From NCBI GenBank assembly GCA_009921445.1, contig RFXV01000001.1, positions 1 through 38,796 on the forward strand: a stretch of DNA of 38,796 nt, written 5' to 3'. Shown one piece after another: positions 1 to 8,713 of the stretch (its first letter is position 1; every line of letters starts with the position of its first letter). This DNA comes from Flavobacteriia bacterium (lineage in GTDB: Bacteria > Bacteroidota > Bacteroidia > Flavobacteriales > Schleiferiaceae). The position numbers and the translations under genes were made by a program. The notes beneath the pieces were generated by a model. That model searched no databases, was not told the DNA's origin, and saw only the letters and a list, made by a program, of their open reading frames with translations.

Positions 1-381
1 GACAAAGAGGAGTTCATCGGCATCCGCGTTCTTGTAAAAGTAGTCGGTCATGGATGCCCGGGGTGCAGCCAAACTGACGTTCAGGTCGTTGTTGAAGAGC
101 ATCACTTTGCGCGCCTCGAGGAAATCATCAGCAGGTTTCAGATCGAAGCCCTTGATCATTCGGGATTTCAGGTTGTGCGTCACAGCAGCTTCCGGGGTCC
201 GATCGATGGCCTGCCCAACTTCCCCGACCATAGTGGGCCGGTTCAGATGATAGAGCAGCGAAGACATTCCGCTGAATCCTTCCGTGCCAAAGAGCTGCTC
301 GTAATGAAGATTCCCGTCGGGTTTTTTAAAGACCGTATGTCTTTTGTGGGGGATCTTCCCCAGACGATGATACATCGGCAT
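1..381 (-). CDS. hmgA: homogentisate 1,2-dioxygenase, N-terminal 127 codons (3' end runs off the window)
   Basis: Absent from the ORF track because there is no stop inside the window. My reverse-strand translation from the ATG at 381..379 stays in frame to base 1. It reads MPMYHRLGKIPHKRHTVFKKPDGNLHYEQLFGTEGFSGMSSLLYH...MTDYFYKNADADELLFV. This matches the N-terminus I recall for bacterial HGD (MPxYHxLGxIPxKRHT ... YKNADADE). Confidence 0.85.
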   Translation of the reverse strand, partial: MPMYHRLGKIPHKRHTVFKKPDGNLHYEQLFGTEGFSGMSSLLYHLNRPTMVGEVGQAIDRTPEAAVTHNLKSRMIKGFDLKPADDFLEARKVMLFNNDLNVSLAAPRASMTDYFYKNADADELLFV

Positions 382-471
382 AAGCCCTTGTTTTATGCTC
401 CGGTTTGAGACGGAGTGAGATAGTTCGGTACAAGCTATGACGATTCTCGCGAACTTCCTTCCTTTGCCCGT

Positions 472-1299
472 GTGAGAAAGCTGCTGGAGAATCTGGCCTA
501 TTCCAATACAGTGGTCGCCGGTTCGGCAGCTGCGCTCGCCCTTACCCACTCGATCCGCTTTCCGCATATACCCGCTTCCTACGCCTTGATGGTGTTCTTC
601 GCGACCCTTGCCGCCTATGGATACATGCATCTGAGCGGTTCTTTTGGAGGAGGTACCAAAGCAGAGCATCCCGTCCTCGCCTTTACGGCGCGTCATTCGT
701 CTTTTTTGCAGCTGATCTCCGGAGCAAGTGCCCTGCTTGCCCTCGGTCTGCTGGTGGGCATGCATCTCCATTCTGCGCTCTGGCTTCTGCCGGCACTGTT
801 CACCTCGGCCCTCTATCCGTCTTCTCGGTTTTGGCGCAAAGGCCTTCGGTCGTTCCCGAGGCTGAAACTGCCCTTGATCGCCTTTACCTGGAGCTGGGTA
901 TGTGCATTTGTTCCTCTTTACACAGCGGATGCACCGTTTGGACTCATTCTCCTGCGCAGTTTGTTCGTCTTTTTCTGGATCGGCTCTTTGGCCATTGCTT
1001 TTGATATCCGCGACCTTGAGTTTGACGATTCCAGCATTCAGACCAGTGCCCAAAGGGGCCGATCGGACGCCCTGCGGTTGGCTCAATTGTGCAATCTGTT
1101 CGCTTTTTGCCTGCTCCTGACCGAGCACTCACTGTTCTCCTCCTGTGGAAGTTGTGTGCTCTTTGTTGTTGTGCCTGGGCTTTTGACCGCATGGGGACTC
1201 AGACGGATCAATGACCGATCCGATCCGCTTTTCATCTCTTTTCACATGGAGGCCTTACCGATCTTGTTGGCTATGATGATCTGGATCGTTCAGCCATGA
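472..1299 (+). CDS. polytopic membrane protein, UbiA-prenyltransferase-like with only the second Asp-rich motif
   Basis: 275-aa ORF with a GTG start and about 8 hydrophobic segments. FDIRDLEFDDSSIQT fits the second UbiA motif (DxxDxxxD...T). The expected first NDxxDxxxD motif position reads AAYGYMHLSGSF, with no Asp. Confidence 0.55.
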   Translation: MRKLLENLAYSNTVVAGSAAALALTHSIRFPHIPASYALMVFFATLAAYGYMHLSGSFGGGTKAEHPVLAFTARHSSFLQLISGASALLALGLLVGMHLHSALWLLPALFTSALYPSSRFWRKGLRSFPRLKLPLIAFTWSWVCAFVPLYTADAPFGLILLRSLFVFFWIGSLAIAFDIRDLEFDDSSIQTSAQRGRSDALRLAQLCNLFAFCLLLTEHSLFSSCGSCVLFVVVPGLLTAWGLRRINDRSDPLFISFHMEALPILLAMMIWIVQP

Positions 1300-1333
1300 G
1301 GGCCATCCCCTTCCCTTCCTTTACATTCGTCTT

Positions 1334-2602
1334 GTGATACGAGCAAATCAAGCCGAAGAATGGGATAAGGCCGATCCGTTGGCCCACCTGAGATCGTCCT
1401 ATCATTTCCCCAAAGATGCCAATGGCCGGGAGACCGTCTACCTCACAGGAAATTCGCTTGGGCTACAACCCAAGGCTGCGGAGAAGTACCTGCTGGAAGA
1501 ACTAGAGGATTGGAAGGAGCTCGGTGTGGAAGGACACACCCGTTCCCGCCGACCCTGGGTGGATTATCACAGCTTTTTTCAGTCATCACTGGCCCGGATC
1601 GTTGGGGCCAAGACAGAAGAAGTGGTGCCCATGAATGGCCTGACAGCCAACCTTCACCTCTTGATGGTCAGTTTCTTTCGCCCGGATCAAAAGCGGAACA
1701 AACTCCTGATCGAAGCCAAGGCCTTTCCATCCGATCTCTACGCTCTCCGCTCCCAACTGCGCTTTCACGGCTTGACAGATGATCACCTCATCCTATTGGA
1801 AAATCCCGACGGCTCCGATCATTTGCATACCGAAGACATCCTGAAGCTCATAGAAGAAAAGGGCGATGAGATCGCCCTGAGCCTGATGGGCGGGGTCAAT
1901 TATTACACAGGGCAGCTATTTGATATGCAACGCATCACCAAGGCGCTGAAAGCAAAAGGAGCCATGGTGGGCTGGGACCTGGCACACGCTGCAGGCAATG
2001 TGCCGCTCGCCCTGCACGATTGGGGTGTGGATATGGCCGCTTGGTGCAGTTACAAATATCTGAACAGCGGTCCTGGGAGTGTGGCAGGGATCTTCATCCA
2101 TGAGCGCCACCACAATGTCAAGGATATACCGCGTTTCGAAGGCTGGTGGGGACACGACGACAAAAGCCGCTTCCTGATGGACGAAGTCTTTGAGCCCATG
2201 AAGACTGCGGAAGCCTGGCAGTTGTCCAATGCACCCGTACTGGCGATGGCAGCACACAGGGCAGCACTGGACCTATTCGACCAGACCTCCATGGAGGAAC
2301 TCCGTAAAAAATCGGTGCACCTGACTGGAATACTCGAAGGCATTCTTCTTGAGATCGACCAAAAACATCAGACCGGCTGGCGCCTTCTGACGCCTGCGGA
2401 TCCAGAGGCCCGCGGTTGTCAGCTTTCCCTTTTCATTCCAAGTGAAGGCAAAGCGCTCTTCGATCACATCAGCAGCCACGGTGTGGTGGCGGATTGGCGG
2501 AATCCGAACGTTATAAGGATGGCCCCTGTTCCAATGTATAATTCGTATTCAGACCTCTACCGACTGCAGCAGATCATTCTCGAATTTTATGAAGAAACCT
2601 GA
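1334..2602 (+). CDS. kynU: kynureninase (PLP-dependent)
   Basis: 422 aa. Motifs: TGNSLGLQPK, NYYTGQ, WDLAHAAGNVPL, and WCSYKYLNSGPG (PLP-lysine motif). GTG start lies 34 nt after the upstream stop. Confidence 0.93.
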   Translation: MIRANQAEEWDKADPLAHLRSSYHFPKDANGRETVYLTGNSLGLQPKAAEKYLLEELEDWKELGVEGHTRSRRPWVDYHSFFQSSLARIVGAKTEEVVPMNGLTANLHLLMVSFFRPDQKRNKLLIEAKAFPSDLYALRSQLRFHGLTDDHLILLENPDGSDHLHTEDILKLIEEKGDEIALSLMGGVNYYTGQLFDMQRITKALKAKGAMVGWDLAHAAGNVPLALHDWGVDMAAWCSYKYLNSGPGSVAGIFIHERHHNVKDIPRFEGWWGHDDKSRFLMDEVFEPMKTAEAWQLSNAPVLAMAAHRAALDLFDQTSMEELRKKSVHLTGILEGILLEIDQKHQTGWRLLTPADPEARGCQLSLFIPSEGKALFDHISSHGVVADWRNPNVIRMAPVPMYNSYSDLYRLQQIILEFYEET

Positions 2603-3935
2603 ACGCATCACCATAGCGGGTGCTGGACTTGTTGGCTCCCTTTTAAGTGTCTACCTCGGCAAAAGAGGGCATCAGGTCCACCTCATCGAACGCCGTCCCG
2701 ATTCGCGTCGAACCTCGGTATATCAGGGACGGTCCATCAACTTGGCCTTGTCCGACAGAGGGTGGCGGGCACTGGAGGAAGTGGAGGCCGATCAGGCCGT
2801 ACGGGAGATAGCGATCCCCATGAAGCGCCGTGTAATGCACGATGCACAGGGAAAACTCACCTATCAGGACTACGGAAAGGAAGGTCAGGCCATCTATTCT
2901 GTGAGCCGTGGATTGCTCAACCAACGCTTACTGGATCTTGCAGAGGAACTGCCCAATGTGCGCATGTCTTTCGGGCAGCGGGTTCTCTCTGTCGATCAGG
3001 AAAAGGCTCAGGTGGTGATCGAAGAAGACGGAAACGGAGAAAGGACGATCGAAGCAGATTGGCTCTTCGGTGCCGACGGCGCATTTTCCCAGGTGCGCTC
3101 CTCCATGATGGGCAATCATCGATTCAGCTATGAGCAGCAATTCATCGACCACGGCTATAAGGAATTGAGCATTCCCGCAGCAGAGGATGGAAGCTTTCAA
3201 TTGGAAAAAGAGGCGCTTCACATCTGGCCAAGGGGCGAACACATGCTCATCGCACTGCCCAACCCGGACGGCACATTCACCTGCACTTTGTTCTTCCCCT
3301 ATGAAGGCCCTGAATCATTTGAGAGCCTGGATACTGTGGACAAAGCACGTGCATTCTTCGAGGAGGAGTTTCCCGATGCACTGGAGTTGATGCCCCACTT
3401 CGATAAGGAATGGGCCGAAAACCCCAACAGTGCGCTATGCAATATTCGCTGTTATCCATGGGTAAACGGGTCCACGGCACTCATTGGCGATTCGGCACAT
3501 GCCATCGTCCCTTTTTACGGGCAGGGAATGAACTCCGGATTTGAGGACTGCCGCGTTCTTGCGGCCATCCTCGATGAGGAAGAAGACTGGTCAGAGGCCA
3601 TGCAGATCTATCAGCGTGAACGCAAAGCCAGTGGGGATGCCATCGCCGAACTCGCCATGCGGAATTTCATTGAGATGCGCGACCTGACGGCGGATCCGGA
3701 ATTCTTACTCAGGAAAAAGATCGAGGCCCGGGTCAACGAGAAATTCCCGGATGTTTGGACCCCGCTCTACAGCATGGTGACCTTTTCGCACACACCCTAT
3801 GAAGAGGCCCTGCGCATCGGAAAGATCCACGATCGGATCATGGCGGATGTCATGTGCCGGGAGGACATTGAAAACATGTGGGATTCCCCGGAGGTGATGG
3901 CCGCTGTGCTCGAAAACGCCGAACGGCATCTTTGA
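2589..3935 (+). CDS. kmo: kynurenine 3-monooxygenase (FAD-dependent)
   Basis: 448 aa. N-terminal GAGLVGSLLSVYLGKRGHQVHLIERR Rossmann/FAD motif and ALIGDSAHAIVPFYGQGMNSGFED. Overlaps kynU by 14 nt. Confidence 0.93.
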   Translation: MKKPERITIAGAGLVGSLLSVYLGKRGHQVHLIERRPDSRRTSVYQGRSINLALSDRGWRALEEVEADQAVREIAIPMKRRVMHDAQGKLTYQDYGKEGQAIYSVSRGLLNQRLLDLAEELPNVRMSFGQRVLSVDQEKAQVVIEEDGNGERTIEADWLFGADGAFSQVRSSMMGNHRFSYEQQFIDHGYKELSIPAAEDGSFQLEKEALHIWPRGEHMLIALPNPDGTFTCTLFFPYEGPESFESLDTVDKARAFFEEEFPDALELMPHFDKEWAENPNSALCNIRCYPWVNGSTALIGDSAHAIVPFYGQGMNSGFEDCRVLAAILDEEEDWSEAMQIYQRERKASGDAIAELAMRNFIEMRDLTADPEFLLRKKIEARVNEKFPDVWTPLYSMVTFSHTPYEEALRIGKIHDRIMADVMCREDIENMWDSPEVMAAVLENAERHL

Positions 3936-3944
3936 TAAGGCCGC

Positions 3945-4352
3945 TCAGTTCTGTCGGGTCTGCAGATATTCGTCCACAATGAAGACCACGTTCTGATTCA
4001 CCAGGGGTTTGGTGATGTAGCCCTGCACGAAATCATAGCTGTATGAACGCTTTTGGTCTTCTTTTGAGATCGACGAACTCACCATGTATACATGACTGTG
4101 CTTATTCACAAAGCGCTCCTGATAGGCATCCAGGAATTCGAATCCATTGAGCACCGGCATATTGATGTCCACGAGAATGATCCCTGGAGGATCCGTTCCC
4201 TCAGATCGTCTGTTCGCCAAAAAGTCCAAGCCCTCTTGCCCCTCGGATACAATGTGGATGCATGCATCTGAAAAAGCGCGCAGGATCACATTCTTCAAAA
4301 CGAAGTTGTTGATCTCGTCGTCGTCAATTATTAGGATCTCAGGGGTACTCAT
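3945..4352 (-). CDS. single-domain (CheY-like) response regulator
   Basis: Receiver-domain pattern ILIIDDDEINNF...ILVDINMPVLNGFEFL...KP. I place the start at MSTPE (ATG 4352..4350), which forms an ATGA overlap with the upstream gene's stop. The track ORF extends to 4403. Confidence 0.85.
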   Translation of the reverse strand: MSTPEILIIDDDEINNFVLKNVILRAFSDACIHIVSEGQEGLDFLANRRSEGTDPPGIILVDINMPVLNGFEFLDAYQERFVNKHSHVYMVSSSISKEDQKRSYSYDFVQGYITKPLVNQNVVFIVDEYLQTRQN

Positions 4353-5089
4353 TGGTTGGATTTTGCATCTGAAGGAGTTACGCCGAAGCGCGCTTTGTAG
4401 CACTTTCCGAAGTAGGATAGACTTCGAAAACCGAGTTTGAATGCGATGTCCTTGATGGGCATCCCAGATTCAACCAATAATTCCTTCGCTTTTTTCAGTT
4501 TGATCTCATTGATGTATTTCACCGGGGTCATCTGGGCTTTCTCCTTGACCTGAGCATCCAGCTTCACATAACTGAGCCCCATATCCCCAGCGAGCTGAGG
4601 AATGGTGAAGTTCTTGAACTTATATTTTTTAATGACCAGGGAGTCGAGCATGGCCAGGACAGGGTCCTTGACCGGCAGATCAGTATTCTGTTCGGGGTTT
4701 GAATTGTACAGCGAACGCATTTCGGCCTGCTTCCTGAGCAGGTTGTTCAGTCGAGCGATCAGGACCTCCGCGCGCACCGGCTTGACCAAGTAATCGTCCG
4801 CGCCCAATTCGTAGCCTCCGATCAGGTTTTCGTCCTGGCCAAGTGCAGTGAGCAGAACAACTGGTACATCTTTAAATTCGCCCATACTCCGCACCTTCTT
4901 CAGCAGCTCATAGCCGTTCATCTCGGGCATCATGATGTCCGATACGATGATGTCGGGCCGAGATCGGCCGAGCAATTCCAGCGCCTGTTGGCCATCCTCG
5001 GCAGTTTCAACAAAAAAATGACCCGCCAAAAGCATCTCCATGCTTTCCAGCAGATCCCTGTTGTCCTCGACCAAAAGCACTTTTTTCAT
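4349..5089 (-). CDS. response regulator with AraC-type HTH output domain
   Basis: 246 aa. Receiver domain (KKVLLVEDNRDLL...IIVSDIMMPEMNGYELL...KP) followed by a C-terminal AraC/XylS-like HTH (IKDIAFKLGFRSLSYFGKCYKARFGVTPS). Confidence 0.9.
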   Translation of the reverse strand: MKKVLLVEDNRDLLESMEMLLAGHFFVETAEDGQQALELLGRSRPDIIVSDIMMPEMNGYELLKKVRSMGEFKDVPVVLLTALGQDENLIGGYELGADDYLVKPVRAEVLIARLNNLLRKQAEMRSLYNSNPEQNTDLPVKDPVLAMLDSLVIKKYKFKNFTIPQLAGDMGLSYVKLDAQVKEKAQMTPVKYINEIKLKKAKELLVESGMPIKDIAFKLGFRSLSYFGKCYKARFGVTPSDAKSNQ

Positions 5090-5105
5090 TCAGTCTACAA
5101 ATTAC

Positions 5106-6221
5106 TCAGCTTCTTTCGTATGGCCAATATATGTGAAAGCAGCTGCCCTTATCCTCGGTGCTGTCTACTTTCATCTCCCCTCTATGCATGTTCACGAATT
5201 CACGAATGACAGATAGGGCCGCTCCTGTTCCTTCAATATTCAATGCATTCGCCGCCCGGTAGAATGGCTCAAATATCCTTGTCTGCTCTTCTTGTGGTAT
5301 CCCGATACCCTCATCCTCCACACGCATCGACAGCGCATCCTGTCCGTATTCCAGGATGCAGCGCACTTCTGTAGGTGCCTTGGAATATTTCAAAGCATTG
5401 CTCAGTAAGTTAGATACCACATAGCGCGCCATTAGCTCATCTGCCTGCAACAGTTGCGCACCTCCATGTTCTTCTAAAGTGATCATTCGATGTGGATGGC
5501 CTTCTTGCGCTTTGTCGATCTCAGAGGCCACTAAGGCTGTCCACTCGAGTGGGATCGGATGGAAAGGATTTTTCTGTTGAGTGGCCCGGCCCAAGGCCAC
5601 GATGTCTTTGATCATGGCGTCCAGGTGATCTACCTGTTTCTGCATCTTCCCAAACAAGTGAAGATGCCGTTCGGACGTATCCTCCTTTTCCCATGCCCTC
5701 AAAATATCCAGCTGCGTCTGAAGAACGGCCAGAGGCGTTTTGAATTCATGTGATGCCATGGTCAATAGCTTTTGCCGCAGATCGTGAATCTCCTTCTCCT
5801 TGGACCAGGCCTTCATGAGGTCTTCTGTGAGCAACACACTCTCTGTCACGTCCGTGCAAACCGAAACAGAAAATCCCTCGGGAAGTAGTGTGCGTCGCGC
5901 CTCATTCACCCATTTCATACTCAGCCATATCGGCGCCCCATCCTTCCTTCTCAACATGATGCGGATCGCTGCACCCTCTCGGTACAGCATACGGGCCAGC
6001 AAGCCCTCATCCATCTCGGATCGGAATTGTTCGTGGAAAAAGTCAAGCAATTCGCGGCCACTGAATTCAGAAGGATCATAGCCCAATAAACTGCGAACGG
6101 AGCGGCTGCAATGAACGATGCTCTTGTCTGGAGCATGAATACACACAAGATCTAAACAGTGGCGTGCAACGACCTTGTCGAAGCCCACCATTTCTTCCAA
6201 TGTATTCACGTGTTCGTCCAT
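5106..6221 (-). CDS. cytoplasmic PAS-domain sensor histidine kinase
   Basis: 371 aa with no TM segment. PAS-like N-terminal half, H-box MASHEFKTPLAVL, N-box LLSNALKYS, and G-boxes EDEGIGI / GTGAALS. Confidence 0.9.
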   Translation of the reverse strand: MDEHVNTLEEMVGFDKVVARHCLDLVCIHAPDKSIVHCSRSVRSLLGYDPSEFSGRELLDFFHEQFRSEMDEGLLARMLYREGAAIRIMLRRKDGAPIWLSMKWVNEARRTLLPEGFSVSVCTDVTESVLLTEDLMKAWSKEKEIHDLRQKLLTMASHEFKTPLAVLQTQLDILRAWEKEDTSERHLHLFGKMQKQVDHLDAMIKDIVALGRATQQKNPFHPIPLEWTALVASEIDKAQEGHPHRMITLEEHGGAQLLQADELMARYVVSNLLSNALKYSKAPTEVRCILEYGQDALSMRVEDEGIGIPQEEQTRIFEPFYRAANALNIEGTGAALSVIREFVNMHRGEMKVDSTEDKGSCFHIYWPYERS

Positions 6222-6260
6222 GCGTTTTCAGGGCCTGGAACGTTTCAGCCTTTCTGTCTG

Positions 6261-6878
6261 TCAGACAAACTGATACATCTTGGCGTAGTTGATCAGGTCC
6301 ACCAAGTTCTTTGCCTGAAGTTTATTGAGCAATCGCTGCTTGTAGGTGCTCACCGTTTTATCGCTGATACCCAATTCCTCAGAAATGTCTTTGTTCGACT
6401 TTCCGATGGAGAGCAATTTGAGGACTTCGCTTTCCCGGGTGGACAACTTGATCTTCCGCTCCTTTTCCTTGATGGGCGTATTGACCTTGTAAAGCGCTTC
6501 ATTGAAGATCTCCTTCCCATCCACCACCTCAGTGACCGCCTGGATCACCTGCTTGGGGTCCTCGTCCTTGGATATATAGCCCGCAGCACCCATTTTCCGG
6601 ACAGTAGGTCCGTAGATCTCTTCAGGATGCATGCTCATGATCAAGAAGCGCACACCCGGATGGGCGTCTTTCAGTGAACGCAGAGCCGTGATCCCATTCA
6701 TCTTCGGCATATCGATATCGAGGAGCACTACATCAGCTTCGATGGAATCGAGCATTTGGGACAACTCCTCTCCATTATTTACCTCTCCGACCAACTGAAC
6801 ATCGTCCTGGAATTTGATGTACAGATCCAGCCCTTTTCTGACAATGGCGTGGTCGTCTGCTATGATCACTCTAACCAT
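6261..6878 (-). CDS. NarL/FixJ (LuxR-HTH) family response regulator
   Basis: Receiver domain (VRVIIADDHAIVRKG...VLLDIDMPKMNG) plus C-terminal LuxR HTH (LSTRESEVLKLLSIGKSNKDISEELGISDKTVSTYKQRLLNKL). ATG at 6878 preferred over the TTG at 6899 used by the track. Confidence 0.88.
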   Translation of the reverse strand: MVRVIIADDHAIVRKGLDLYIKFQDDVQLVGEVNNGEELSQMLDSIEADVVLLDIDMPKMNGITALRSLKDAHPGVRFLIMSMHPEEIYGPTVRKMGAAGYISKDEDPKQVIQAVTEVVDGKEIFNEALYKVNTPIKEKERKIKLSTRESEVLKLLSIGKSNKDISEELGISDKTVSTYKQRLLNKLQAKNLVDLINYAKMYQFV

Positions 6879-7101
6879 GGGTTCACTGATTGATTTCAAA
6901 TATAGTCTTTTATGGAAGTGAATTAGGGGACAGGTTTGTGCTGTTCAGCACTTTGACCCCTTTTAGCACAAGTCCGGAACATCCTCGGATACCCATTTAG
7001 GAATGTCCTGGTTACTCGGGCATATCAATATGCTTACATTCGTTTCGTTCTTGGCTCATTGAAAAACCTCCCCCTCACTTGAACCAATGAAAACCTAAGA
7101 G

Positions 7102-7935
7102 ATGAACTACCTTTTTATTCTCGCATTTGCTTCACTCTTCTTGCTGACGCGCGTTATCATTCGCTTGCAAAAGGAAAATATGCGGATGAAAGGAGAGCTG
7201 AAAAGGGTAAAAGAGGAGATCCAAAGCCTGCAACGATCCGCCTTTGCTCAGCAAAAACTGCTCTCCCTGATCTCTCACCACATTCGGGGACCCTTCCAGT
7301 TCGTCTTGAGGATGTCGGACCTGTTGAGCAATAAGTGGAAAGACATTCAGGAAAAGGAACGGAACGAAAGCGTGCACATGATCCGGAATAGTCTGGATGA
7401 AATGGACCGGACACTGCGCGATGTGATCGACTGGGCGCGCAGAAAGCAGGAGGGAGAAGAAAACAGTTCGAGCGTCATGCAATCGGGCGATATCGTAGCG
7501 GAAGAAGCTACTTTTTTGGCCAGTGCAGCTCGCTGGAAGGAAATACAGATCAAGGAACGGGTGGATATCGACGCCCCGGTCACTGTAGACAAAGGCGCAC
7601 TCCATCTGATCATGCAAAATTTGATCAGCAATGCTTTGAAGTACAGCCAAAAAGGACAGATCATCGAAGTGTTCTCGGAGCCATATGGCCTTGGATTGTT
7701 GTCGGTCGGAGTTGCGGATGAAGCAGGCGGTCTGCCAGAGGATGCGGCCAACCGTATTTTCTCTCCTGCCGGACACGAAGGCAGTTCAGGCACTCTTGAA
7801 GAACAAGGCACCGGTGTAGGTCTGTTGCTGGCTCAGGATCTGGCCGAACAAATGGGTACAGAGATCCAGCTTATTTCCGACGAGAAGGGGAGTCGATTTT
7901 TTTTGGTGTTTCCGACTTCCACATCCGAGGAATAA
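7102..7935 (+). CDS. membrane-anchored histidine kinase (one TM, no obvious sensor domain)
   Basis: 277 aa. N-terminal TM segment, coiled coil, H-box LISHHIRGPFQFV, N-box LISNALKYS, G-box GTGVGLLLA. Confidence 0.85.
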   Translation: MNYLFILAFASLFLLTRVIIRLQKENMRMKGELKRVKEEIQSLQRSAFAQQKLLSLISHHIRGPFQFVLRMSDLLSNKWKDIQEKERNESVHMIRNSLDEMDRTLRDVIDWARRKQEGEENSSSVMQSGDIVAEEATFLASAARWKEIQIKERVDIDAPVTVDKGALHLIMQNLISNALKYSQKGQIIEVFSEPYGLGLLSVGVADEAGGLPEDAANRIFSPAGHEGSSGTLEEQGTGVGLLLAQDLAEQMGTEIQLISDEKGSRFFLVFPTSTSEE

Positions 7936-8713
7936 GGCACACCGGGATGTCCTGCATCTTGTGCTGATTGGCTTGATGAAGCCTGTTGTAGATATCCATC
8001 ACCTCCCGCTCACGCGGACTCCAGCCTTCCCTTGAAGAGGTCTCCCTGACCTGCTCCATGGCCCATTCCAACTCAGCGTAGGAGGCCCCCAGCTGATCTT
8101 CGTCTCCTCTTCCATCCGCCCAAAGACCATCGGTCGGTGCCGCTTGTAGAATGGTCTGAGGAACGCCCAAATGTGCCGCAAGCGCAAAGACCTCTGACTT
8201 ATTCAGGTCGGCGATCGGACTCAGGTCTACACCGCCATCGCCGTACTTGGTGTAGAAACCCACTCCGAAGTCTTCCACTTTATTGCCTGTCCCCGCGACC
8301 AGCAGTCCATGTGTCTGCGCTACGAGATAGAGCGTAGTCATTCGCAAACGGGCCCGTGCATTGGCCAAAGCCAGTTCCCTCTGGACACTTTGCTCGCTGC
8401 TGAGCGTCCGAGAAAATTGATCGAATACCGGACTCAGATCGAATGTACGCTCCTCCACCTGAGGATGACTCCCCTTCAATTTATCAATGTGCTCAGAAGC
8501 CCGCTGCAATTGATCCGAAGCCTGATGGATAGGCATCTGCACACAAATGAGGCGAAGGCCTGTTCGTGCGCAGAGTGCACTGGTCAAAGCAGAGTCGACC
8601 CCACCGCTGATACCCACCACAAACCCCTGACTGCCTGCCTGTTTCGCGTATGCTTTCAGCCAATGGACGATGTGCCCTCCCACATTTTCGCAATCCAAGC
8701 CTTTCAACTGCAT
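7871..8713 (-). CDS. nadE: NH3-dependent NAD+ synthetase
   Basis: 280 aa. PP-loop GISGGVDSALTSAL and the KVEDFGVGFYTKYGDGGVDLSPIADL signature. The 3' end overlaps the convergent kinase gene by 65 nt. Confidence 0.9.
   Translation of the reverse strand: MQLKGLDCENVGGHIVHWLKAYAKQAGSQGFVVGISGGVDSALTSALCARTGLRLICVQMPIHQASDQLQRASEHIDKLKGSHPQVEERTFDLSPVFDQFSRTLSSEQSVQRELALANARARLRMTTLYLVAQTHGLLVAGTGNKVEDFGVGFYTKYGDGGVDLSPIADLNKSEVFALAAHLGVPQTILQAAPTDGLWADGRGDEDQLGASYAELEWAMEQVRETSSREGWSPREREVMDIYNRLHQANQHKMQDIPVCLIPRMWKSETPKKIDSPSRRK

Noticed and set aside
50-408. Plus-strand track ORFs 50..250 and 175..408.
   Set aside because: The minus strand here encodes a clear homogentisate 1,2-dioxygenase N-terminus. 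The plus-strand ORFs are shadow frames.
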